Positions 26,768 through 35,085 of a stretch of DNA of 64,000 nt are shown one piece after another (positions within the stretch are counted from its first letter, which is position 1; each line of letters begins with the position of its first letter). The stretch covers positions 5,375-69,374 of the forward strand of contig JBEKBJ010000017.1 in the NCBI GenBank assembly GCA_050015455.1, written 5' to 3'. Under the pieces are notes generated by a model that searched no databases, was not told the DNA's origin, and worked only from the letters and a program-made list of their open reading frames with translations. Made by a program: the position numbers and the translations under genes. Source of the stretch: Candidatus Binatia bacterium. GTDB lineage: Bacteria > Desulfobacterota > Binatia > HRBIN30.

Positions 26768-28003
26768 CTAGTCCGACGACCGGTTAGGCACCCCATGCTG
26801 GGCGATGCGCAGCATCTCCATCATCTGGCGATACTCGGAATCCGAGTAGAGCAACATCGGCTCGGACGGACCGCCTTCACCTTCAGCGGCATGCAGCGCC
26901 GCCATGATGGTATCGAACTCCTCGCTGCGAAAACGCCGCCCCCCGAGGCCGCCGATGAAAGAAAGCAGTGGCGGTGCCGGCCCGCCCCGCAAGGCACTCG
27001 CCACCTCGCTGAACAGGATGCCACCCTTGCCGATCGAGATGTTCTGATCGATCACAGCGACGGCGCGGCGGCCCCCGAGGAGCCATTCGAGCTCCTGTGC
27101 GGGGAACGGACGGATCAGCCGCAAGCGCAGCAGGCCAACCTTCTCGCCGCGGGCGCGCAAACGACCCACTTCATCTTTGCCCACCCCGCTGAACGAGTTC
27201 GACATGACGATAACCCACTCGGCATCGTCCAGCCGATAGCTTTCGACCGCGCCGTAGCAACGGCCGAAATGGCGGCAGAACTCGCCGGTTATGGCATCGT
27301 GGACGCTCAGCGCCACCTCGGCCGATCGCTGCATCTGGTACTTGAAGAAGCTGTAGCCGCTGCCCCCGAGGACCGCGACGCCCTGCGCCATAGCATGCGA
27401 AGCGGAGAACCCCTGCGTGGGCTTATAGGCGGGAAGGAACTCGCGCACCGCCTCCACTGAGGGGACATCGACCGGCTCGCGCGTAAAGGAGAGATAAAAG
27501 CCTTCGAGGTTCACCAGGACCGGGAGTTGCACATCGGCATGCTCGGCGAGCCTATAGGCCATGAGGACCGAGTCCAGCACCTCCTGACAGGTGTCGGTGT
27601 GGATCTGCAGGAACCCGCTGTCCCGTGCCGCCAGGATCTCGTTTTGGTCCGGTTCGAGCGTGACGGGCGCGGAGAGCGTGCGTGACACGTTGAGCAGGAC
27701 CAATGGCACCCGCCATCCGGCGATGGTGTAGAGCATCTCGAAGCCATACACGAGCCCCTGGCTTGAGGAGGCGGTGAACACCCGTGCCCCAGTGGCCGCT
27801 GCCGCGCCCGCTGCCGTCAGCATCGACTGCTCAGAGTCCATGGCCACCATGCGGGCCGCCAGCTCGCCGTCTCCGCTCCACTGCGCCAAGGCCTCGATGA
27901 CCTCGGTCTGCGGCGTGATAGTACACACGGGGATATAATCGACTTCAGCGAGCCGCGCTCCCCACGCCGCCGCCGCGTTGCCGGTGAGAAGCTCACGTGT
28001 CAT
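26768..28003 (-). CDS. 2-oxoacid (pyruvate-type):ferredoxin oxidoreductase alpha subunit
   Basis: 411-aa ORF with the PorA-like N-terminus LTGNAAAAWGARLAEVDYIPVCTITPQTEV. ATGA overlap with the upstream gene. Confidence 0.88.
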   Translation of the reverse strand: MTRELLTGNAAAAWGARLAEVDYIPVCTITPQTEVIEALAQWSGDGELAARMVAMDSEQSMLTAAGAAAATGARVFTASSSQGLVYGFEMLYTIAGWRVPLVLLNVSRTLSAPVTLEPDQNEILAARDSGFLQIHTDTCQEVLDSVLMAYRLAEHADVQLPVLVNLEGFYLSFTREPVDVPSVEAVREFLPAYKPTQGFSASHAMAQGVAVLGGSGYSFFKYQMQRSAEVALSVHDAITGEFCRHFGRCYGAVESYRLDDAEWVIVMSNSFSGVGKDEVGRLRARGEKVGLLRLRLIRPFPAQELEWLLGGRRAVAVIDQNISIGKGGILFSEVASALRGGPAPPLLSFIGGLGGRRFRSEEFDTIMAALHAAEGEGGPSEPMLLYSDSEYRQMMEMLRIAQHGVPNRSSD

Positions 28004-28902
28004 GCCGCATCTTCCCGACGCTCGTCAATTGCCCCCGGGGCACACTCCGTCATGCAAGCGAGGCAACCTTTACAGTGTGAGTAGTCGACGACCGGGTAGT
28101 CTTGCGAGTCAAGTTGAATCGCGCCCTCGGGACATAACGCGAAGCAAAGGAAGCAGCGGGTGCAGCGCGCCCGTTGGACCACTGGCCGATAGGGCCGCCA
28201 TCCCTCGGTGGTACGCAGCGCGGAGGTGGCCTCGGTTTCGATGGCCGGCACGGCGATGCGGGCGGGGAGCCGCGGCACAGCAAACGGCCGCGGCGGGACG
28301 GTCGCCCACGGCCGTCGCGGGTCCGACAGGCCCACCGAGGGTGCGGCATCATACGCCCTCTCGGTCGCCCGCAGGTTACACGCGATCAGCTCCTGGCTCA
28401 GGCGGATTGCGGCCAGTTCGGTCCCCACCGCCTCCGCCACCCGGTTCCACGGTGTGAGTGCGGCGGCTTTGAGCGTGAAGCCGGCGATCGGCGCGCTCAG
28501 CAGCTGATGCCCGAGCAGATCGAGCACGATGGACGTAACGTCCATGATCACCATCTGCGCGGGGGTCTGGTACCGATCCCCAAGCTCGTCGCTGCTGTGG
28601 GTACTATTCACGAGTAAGAGGCTGCCCTCATCGAGCCCGCTGAGCACAGCCGCGTCCGGCTGTGCCAGTAACGAGGAGTCCATCACGACGCCAACGTCAG
28701 GGCGTTCGACGTAGCCCCGCTCGTAAATAGGCCCGTTGCTGAAGCGCGTGGACGCGACGACGGGCGCGCCGCGCCTTTCGGCGCCGTATAATGGCGAGTC
28801 CTGGACCGTCGACCCGCCAAGGAAGACAGCTCGGCTGACGATCCGGCTCGCCAGCCGCACCCCCTCCCCGCCACGGCCGTGGAATCGGATGTGACGAACC
28901 AT
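28000..28902 (-). CDS. 2-oxoacid:ferredoxin oxidoreductase gamma-delta fusion subunit
   Basis: ORF 28000-28935. The ATG at 28902 is preceded by GAGGTG. The N-terminal gamma part has IRFHGRGGEGVRLASRI. The C-terminal ferredoxin part has CTRCFLCFALCP and CKGCLACMTECAP. Confidence 0.85.
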   Translation of the reverse strand: MVRHIRFHGRGGEGVRLASRIVSRAVFLGGSTVQDSPLYGAERRGAPVVASTRFSNGPIYERGYVERPDVGVVMDSSLLAQPDAAVLSGLDEGSLLLVNSTHSSDELGDRYQTPAQMVIMDVTSIVLDLLGHQLLSAPIAGFTLKAAALTPWNRVAEAVGTELAAIRLSQELIACNLRATERAYDAAPSVGLSDPRRPWATVPPRPFAVPRLPARIAVPAIETEATSALRTTEGWRPYRPVVQRARCTRCFLCFALCPEGAIQLDSQDYPVVDYSHCKGCLACMTECAPGAIDERREDAA

Positions 28903-29108
28903 GCCCACCTCTGGTGGCAAAGCTGCCAACCCCATGCCAGACCTGCATTTTGCGCCGAAGCGGTTCCGAGTCGAACTGTCACTCCTAGGATTGCCAAACG
29001 GCTGTGCCGCGCTTCCCGGCGCTGCGAAACGGCTAATGGATACAAAACTACCGAGCGGTCAGCCGGTTCTTGTCCGTGCTGCCGTAGCGAGTGCCTTCAT
29101 CGGCGCCG

Positions 29109-30374
29109 TCAGTGCCCCACCGAGATCAGGTGTGCGATCGAGAACACCTCCGGAAGGTTGCCCGATGCATACGCGGTGGGGGAATGCTCCCCGCTGTTGA
29201 AATACCAGGCGTCCGGATCGGGTGATGCAGGACCGGGGATCATGATGATCGTGGCGTGGCTAAGCTGAGTATCGATCATGGTGGCGGAGGTGAACCCCAT
29301 TTCGTCGTCGTACACGACCTTCGAGTCCGGCCGCGCCTGCTTGCGAAAGGAGAAATACTCCATCCACACCTTCCACAGCTCGCCCCTGTGATCGTAAATG
29401 TCGGAATACATCACCACCCAGGCCTCGGCGTCGATGTAGATCACCCGCTTTCCGTAAGCATATTGCGGCAGTTTCGACACCCCCTCGATCACGTACGCGC
29501 GGCGTTTCTCCCAGTTATCGCAGTAAACGAAGTCGGCGCCGCCTGGGCAGCGCTGCACCGGATAGTGCTCCCGGTGGATGACACCGAGCACCTCCTTGAC
29601 ACCGAGGAGTTTCCACTCGCTCCAAGCAATGTGGCCACTGTAGCCAAAGTAGGAATCCTGATCGGTGTCCTGGCCGAACAGTGAATCGCTCCGCTGTGCC
29701 GTCGACATCCGGCGGGTGCGGCGGAGGGCCGGGATGTAGATCCAGTTATCGTCTTGCCGCGCGGCACTGATATAGCGGATGTCGAGTGACCCAATCCCCT
29801 TCATGTCGAAAGGCGAGACGATCGGGCTTAGGATCTCCTTATAGCGCACCTGCTCCGGGTTGGGCATCTCGGGTTTGGGGTCGGCGAAGAGCCGCCCGTT
29901 GTAGTACAGCCGCCGCAACTCCCCGACCACGAACTCACGATCCGGCACCATGGGCGAGGTGTACGTCATCGGACCGCTCGGCACCTGAAAGTCACGCTCG
30001 AGAACGTCATCGGTGATGAGCGGCTTGTACTGGTAGTTCCACATGATCTTAATGGCCGCGTCGGGATCGTTGACGTCGATGTTGGGAAAGGGCATGCCGG
30101 CGACATAGTTCTGGAGCGTGTTGCCGTCCGCCGAGATGCGCACCTGGCCAGCGTTGGCCTCCGTTGCCGCCCGGTACGCGCGCGGCCAATCGACTCTCTT
30201 GGTGGCTACGATGTTCATGGTCATCCCGTGGTCCACGCACCAAGCGACGCCGGGACCGACCAGATCGCGTACCTTGTCGGAGTTTGCCTTAGTGATGACA
30301 TCCCCAGGCTGCACGTCGGCTAACGCCAGAGATGCCGTGAAGACCACCGCAGCAACAGATGCAAGCCGTTTCAT
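29109..30374 (-). CDS. DUF1329 family (LolA-like) periplasmic/outer-membrane-associated protein
   Basis: ORF 29109-30458. The ATG at 30374 is preceded by AAGGAG. Signal peptide MKRLASVAAVVFTASLALA; overall DUF1329-like sequence pattern. Confidence 0.7.
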   Translation of the reverse strand: MKRLASVAAVVFTASLALADVQPGDVITKANSDKVRDLVGPGVAWCVDHGMTMNIVATKRVDWPRAYRAATEANAGQVRISADGNTLQNYVAGMPFPNIDVNDPDAAIKIMWNYQYKPLITDDVLERDFQVPSGPMTYTSPMVPDREFVVGELRRLYYNGRLFADPKPEMPNPEQVRYKEILSPIVSPFDMKGIGSLDIRYISAARQDDNWIYIPALRRTRRMSTAQRSDSLFGQDTDQDSYFGYSGHIAWSEWKLLGVKEVLGVIHREHYPVQRCPGGADFVYCDNWEKRRAYVIEGVSKLPQYAYGKRVIYIDAEAWVVMYSDIYDHRGELWKVWMEYFSFRKQARPDSKVVYDDEMGFTSATMIDTQLSHATIIMIPGPASPDPDAWYFNSGEHSPTAYASGNLPEVFSIAHLISVGH

Positions 30375-30827
30375 AATACGACTCCTTCTTGCTTCGAGCT
30401 GGTTGGATGACGCGTACACCGGTATCAGGTCGGCAGCAATTGATACCAGCATCCCCACCTCTCAAATGTGGGTGGCTCGGTCACGCTTCGCGCCTGCACG
30501 TAAACACCACGTCCTTGCCGACTGAGGGCAAGGTACTCCGACCAATCCGCTCGCACCATGTGTGCCAGTCATCGGGCCGCGCCAGTGGGTGCACCGCGAC
30601 ACAAACGCGGCCCAACTGCTGGCAGACATGAGAACCAAAGTGCTTCTGTTTCCCAGAAACGCGCAGACGGGAACGTTTTCTTATCGTTCACCTGAGCGAC
30701 CGCTTTTCGCACAGAGAGCGCCGTCCTCGGCACGAGCCCGCTTGAGAACTTAGGCCAAATGTGGTCCCTTTCAACATGATGCAGGAAGGTGGCACAAGCG
30801 CCCTCGCCAGAACCAGGAGTGTTTCGG

Positions 30828-31280
30828 ATGGAAATCCAGAAGTGGCTGAAGTATCCCGTACATTGTGTGAAGCCGTTGGATTCGATCCAGCATGCGCGGG
30901 ACATCATGGAGACGCGGCGCATCAACCAATTGGCCGTAGTGGCTGGGGGCCAGCTGGTAGGCATCCTCACCGACCGTGACCTGCGCGCCGCCTATCCCTC
31001 GGTGTTCGACTCTCCGGTGCTGGGCAGCCGAAAACCGCGCACTTCCGCCACCGATCCGAAAGCCGTTACCGTGGAGATGGTAATGACCACGAACGTGCTG
31101 ACCCTGACGCCGCACGATTCCATGGTCGACGCCGCGCGCTTGATGCGCCGCGAGCGCATCGGTGCAGTACCGATTGTGGACGGCAACCGGTTGGTCGGCA
31201 TCCTGACCCGAAGCGACGTGCTGGATGCCTTTGTAGCACTGGCGCGATCGGTGTCGCCCGAGCAACATGGCTCCAGGTGA
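30828..31280 (+). CDS. CBS-domain pair protein
   Basis: ORF 30789-31280. The ATG at 30828 is preceded by AGGAG. Two CBS motifs (INQLAVVAGGQLVGILTDRDL; IGAVPIVDGNRLVGILTRSDV). Confidence 0.85.
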   Translation: MEIQKWLKYPVHCVKPLDSIQHARDIMETRRINQLAVVAGGQLVGILTDRDLRAAYPSVFDSPVLGSRKPRTSATDPKAVTVEMVMTTNVLTLTPHDSMVDAARLMRRERIGAVPIVDGNRLVGILTRSDVLDAFVALARSVSPEQHGSR

Positions 31281-31537
31281 CCTGCACTCTCGGCCTGTCA
31301 CACCGCTCCGCCTCCGGCCGGGACGGGCGGGGCTGGTGTACGCCGCACTACTGCTGCTGGTTGCCGCCGCTCCCGGCTGTAGCCGTGATGCGGCGCCGTC
31401 CGGCGACAGCGGCAAGGGCGCTCAAGTCTCCCGTGCCGAACGCAGCCCTGCCTTCCGTAACCTCGGCAAGCGTGCCGAGAGCCAGCTCTGACTCTACGGC
31501 ACGCTGACCTACCACCGAAGCGTGCGCCGCGAAACGA

Positions 31538-32503
31538 TTAGAAATGATGCGTCCAGCGCACGTTGAAGCGTGACCCTTCCGGCCGATTCTCTGCCTGCGT
31601 CTCGAAATAGGCGTTGAAGAACAGGTGATCGTTTTGTGAGAAACTGTAGAGTACGCCCGGGCCAATGCCCAGCACCTGTTCGCGCGAGTTGGGTATACCG
31701 TGCCCGTCGACCTGGGCGTTGGTGAACTGCTTAAGATAGTAGCCGTTCACGCCCGCGCGCAGCTGGTGCGGCAGCAGCTCATACTCCGAAGCGAAGTTGA
31801 TGTGAAATGCCTGACCCGCCTGCGTGTCGCCCGCGGTCGGAAAGAACGTCTTGTTCGGGCTTTCGTTGTCGGCGTTCCACAGGTAGTGCAAGCGCCACGA
31901 AAGTGTCCACTCGGGAAGAAAGAAGACCGTCGCCGCCCAGTACGGATCGAACGAGTAGAAGTTCGATCCGGGGTTCAGTACCCGATCATCACGGTACTTG
32001 CCCGTCGGAATCAGGTTCTGGAGCTCGATGCGGTGCATGAAAATGGGGCCGTTGGCGCCCATGATCGGGTCCCACTGAAGGTAAGGCCCGATCAAGATGT
32101 CGCCTAGTCCGCTGGTCGCGTTCAGCACGGGAACCTTCCCGGGTTGCACATCCACAGCGACGAGCGGCACGATCACGTCGATACCCCACTTCCCTCCGAG
32201 CAGCACCGGCTGATTCGATTGGTAGATAAATTGGTTCAAGCTCACCCACGCGTCGAGGCTGCCGAGCAGCGGCGTCTTGCCACCATGCTGATCCCTGAAG
32301 GTGCCGGCCGTGATGTACTGGACGTACTCCTGGAAGTAGAAGCCCGGCCCGGCGGGTGGCCCACCGTCGAGGAAACTGGTGAAGCCGAGGTTCAACCCCA
32401 ACGGCAACGCTTGTTGCGCCGTCAGCCGGGTGGGCAGCACTCCCAGCAAGCAAAGCCCGGCCACCATAACTATCCCCCTCACCTGAAACACCCCTCGTCT
32501 CAT
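31538..32503 (-). CDS. outer-membrane beta-barrel protein (MetA-pathway/transporter-like family)
   Basis: ORF 31538-32551. The ATG at 32503 follows AGGAGG. It has a signal peptide, alternating-hydrophobicity strands, and a C-terminal aromatic residue (RWTHHF). Confidence 0.65.
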   Translation of the reverse strand: MRRGVFQVRGIVMVAGLCLLGVLPTRLTAQQALPLGLNLGFTSFLDGGPPAGPGFYFQEYVQYITAGTFRDQHGGKTPLLGSLDAWVSLNQFIYQSNQPVLLGGKWGIDVIVPLVAVDVQPGKVPVLNATSGLGDILIGPYLQWDPIMGANGPIFMHRIELQNLIPTGKYRDDRVLNPGSNFYSFDPYWAATVFFLPEWTLSWRLHYLWNADNESPNKTFFPTAGDTQAGQAFHINFASEYELLPHQLRAGVNGYYLKQFTNAQVDGHGIPNSREQVLGIGPGVLYSFSQNDHLFFNAYFETQAENRPEGSRFNVRWTHHF

Positions 32504-32613
32504 ACATCCTCCTTTCCGTTCGAGCGCGGATGTAGCGCGCTCCGCTTGCACTTCGACACGGTTTTACATACCCCTTGCACCTACGGCAGATTGCGGCCCG
32601 AAAGGAGCATTCA

Positions 32614-33984
32614 ATGACAGATCGAACCAAGTACCTGCTCGACGAGAAGGACATCCCGACAGTGTGGTACAACATCCAAGCCGATCTTCCCGAACCCCTC
32701 CCGCCCGTTTTGCATCCGGGCACCCACAAACCGATCGGGCCTGATGACCTGGCCCCGTTATTTCCGATGGGACTGATTGAGCAGGAAGTCTCCACCCGGC
32801 GCGAGATCGACATCCCGGGCGAAGTCATCGACATGTACCGCCTGTGGCGGCCCAGCCCGCTCTACCGCGCGCACCGACTGGAGAAGGCGCTCGATACCCC
32901 GGCGCGCATTTACTACAACTACGAAGGCTTCAGCCCCTCTGGCTCCCACAAAACCAACACCTCTGTTGCGCAGGCCTATTACAGCAAGGTGGAAGGCGTC
33001 AAGCGGATCGCCACCGAGACCGGGGCCGGCCAATGGGGTTCGGCGCTTGCCATGGCCTGCCAGTTCTTCGGCCTCGACTGCAAAGTCTTCATGGTCAGAA
33101 TAAGCTACGACCAAAAGCCATACCGAAAAGCCATGATGGAGACTTTCGGCGCCCAGGTGAGTGCCAGCCCCAGCCGCGAGACCGCGTCGGGTCGCGCCAT
33201 CCTGGAGAAGGATCCCAACTGCAACGGATCATTGGGCATCGCCATCTCCGAGGCGGTCGAGGTGGCCGCGCAAGACCCTAGAACCAAGTACGCCCTCGGC
33301 AGCGTCTTGAACCACGTGCTTTTGCACCAGACGGTAGTCGGCCAGGAGACCATCGCCAAGCTCAAACTGGCGAATGACTGGCCCGACGTCATCATCGGCT
33401 GCACCGGCGGCGGATCGAACTTCGCCGGCATCGCGTTTCCGTTCATCGGCCGCAAGTTCCGCGGCGAAGATAAGGGCGAACGGATCATCGCGGTCGAGCC
33501 GTCGGCGTGCCCGTCGCTCACCAAAGGAAGGCACACCTATGACTTTGGCGACACCGCGCACCTGACGCCCTTGGTAAAGATGCACACATTGGGCAGCACG
33601 TTCGTGCCGCCGGGGATTCATGCCGGCGGCCTGCGCTACCACGGCATGGCGCCGCTGGTCTCGCACCTGGTGAAGCTCGGCGAAATGGAAGCCACCGCCG
33701 TGCCGCAGCTCGAAATCTTCGACGCCGCCGTGCGCTTCGCGCGCGCCGAGGGCATCATCCCGGCCCCCGAGCCGGCGCACGCCATCGCCGTCGTCATTCG
33801 CGAGGCACTCAAGTGTAAAGCCGAGGGGAAGAGCCGGGTGATCCTATTCAACCTCTGCGGCCACGGGCATTTCGACATGCAGGCCTACATGGATTACTTC
33901 GCCAACAAGCTGCGTGATTACGAGTACCCCGAGCATGAGGTCGCCATGGCCCTGGCCGGCTTGCCCAGCGTGGAAGCGGTGTGA
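32614..33984 (+). CDS. TrpB2-type tryptophan synthase beta-like PLP enzyme
   Basis: ORF 32575-33984. The ATG at 32614 follows AAGGAG. It has the TrpB2-characteristic N-terminus (YLLDEKDIPTVWYNIQADLPEPLPP) and the PLP lysine motif GSHKTNT. Confidence 0.88.
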   Translation: MTDRTKYLLDEKDIPTVWYNIQADLPEPLPPVLHPGTHKPIGPDDLAPLFPMGLIEQEVSTRREIDIPGEVIDMYRLWRPSPLYRAHRLEKALDTPARIYYNYEGFSPSGSHKTNTSVAQAYYSKVEGVKRIATETGAGQWGSALAMACQFFGLDCKVFMVRISYDQKPYRKAMMETFGAQVSASPSRETASGRAILEKDPNCNGSLGIAISEAVEVAAQDPRTKYALGSVLNHVLLHQTVVGQETIAKLKLANDWPDVIIGCTGGGSNFAGIAFPFIGRKFRGEDKGERIIAVEPSACPSLTKGRHTYDFGDTAHLTPLVKMHTLGSTFVPPGIHAGGLRYHGMAPLVSHLVKLGEMEATAVPQLEIFDAAVRFARAEGIIPAPEPAHAIAVVIREALKCKAEGKSRVILFNLCGHGHFDMQAYMDYFANKLRDYEYPEHEVAMALAGLPSVEAV

Positions 33985-34379
33985 AGATCTGAGGTGCCCG
34001 CATGCAAACGATACCCATCTAAGGTCGGCATGGCTGCGACGCTCATCCTCTCCTTGTTGTTGGGCCGATAAGCGAAGGTGGGGGTGGGGGTGTAAGGCGG
34101 CGGTGCCGAGTTTGCCAGAATAATCACGCACGCCATCGATTTCATCTTCGCCCGGCCTGAAACACGTCGTCGCGTCACAACTCGACGGGCACCTCGATAC
34201 GCGCCCTGGGAAGACGGGCACTACTCTCGGGGTGAGCGGAGAGATCGTCTGTCACTCTATTTGGCGAGATTCAGTAACCATTCTCCCGCCGCAACTGGCA
34301 GAAGGGTCGCCGTTTTACCGGCGCTCGTGCCGCACCTCGGCTACGACGATCTTGACGCGGAACCTGGTCTGCTTCTACA

Positions 34380-34760
34380 TCACGTCGCCAGAACCTGCGC
34401 GCCGTAGCGGCGAAATCGGCTATCGTGCGTGACCAGGATCAGATCTTCCATCTGTGCTTGCGCGATGAGCATGCGGTCGAACGGATCATCGTGATGTTGG
34501 GGCAGTGCGCCCGCGCTCTGCGCATGGCGCGCGGTGATCGCCAACTCGGCAAACCCATTCGCCGCGATCTCGGCCACCAGATCACTGTCTCGCACGTCAA
34601 GCCGTCCGAGCTTCGCCTTGATGGCGATTTCCCAAATGGTGGCGGCGCTCACGTGGACGATCGCGTGCGGCTCGCGAATCGCGTCGCGCGCCGCCGTGCA
34701 CAGCTTGCGGTCGTCGCTGAGCCACCACAGGAACGCATGCGTGTCCAGCAACAACCTCAT
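34380..34760 (-). CDS. vapC: type II toxin VapC (PIN domain)
   Basis: 126-aa ORF with LLLDTHAFLWW, DPFDRMLIAQA and THD acidic residues. Overlaps the upstream antitoxin gene by 4 nt. Confidence 0.88.
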   Translation of the reverse strand: MRLLLDTHAFLWWLSDDRKLCTAARDAIREPHAIVHVSAATIWEIAIKAKLGRLDVRDSDLVAEIAANGFAELAITARHAQSAGALPQHHDDPFDRMLIAQAQMEDLILVTHDSRFRRYGAQVLAT

Positions 34761-34999
34761 TTCGTCCTCATGCCGAACGCCTTCGCAATCGCCTTCGGCA
34801 GCGGCGCGTCGAAATCCTTGCCGATGCGAATGCGCCCTTTCAGCCGGCCGGGCTTTCGTTCATGTGGCGAGACGGCAATCAGCTTCGCTACCGGCTTGCC
34901 GTCCTTGGCAATCACGATCTCCTCCCCATGCGACACGCGAGAGAGCAGCCGCGAGAGATGCGTCTTCGCCTCGTGCACGTTCACCATATCCATGAGCAC
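34757..34999 (-). CDS. Phd/YefM-type antitoxin
   Basis: 80-aa ORF with VNVHEAKTHLSRLLSRVSHGEEIVIAKDGKPVAKLI. Confidence 0.85.
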   Translation of the reverse strand: MLMDMVNVHEAKTHLSRLLSRVSHGEEIVIAKDGKPVAKLIAVSPHERKPGRLKGRIRIGKDFDAPLPKAIAKAFGMRTK

Positions 35000-35085
35000 C
35001 GAATAGGCGGTTAGCTAAGCTTAGTCAACTGGGCATCAGCAACGCCTGCGTCCAGCTCCCAGTGGCCGCCGCGGATGCGCGAGAT

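Noticed and set aside
31267-31491. 74-aa ORF with a lipoprotein-like signal (LLLLVAAAPGCS), overlapping the CBS gene stop
   Set aside because: - The lipobox has Pro at -2, which is atypical.
- The N-region before the hydrophobic core is very long.
- No RBS is seen.
- The ORF could be real, but it is not supportable from sequence alone.
34330-34392. Possible ParE/RelE-like toxin C-terminal remnant (KQTRFRVKIVVAEVRHERR-stop on the minus strand) just downstream of vapC
   Set aside because: - Only about 19 residues lie after an in-frame stop.
- The resemblance to the V.I..V.H.RR endings of ParE/RelE toxins is too short to distinguish from chance.
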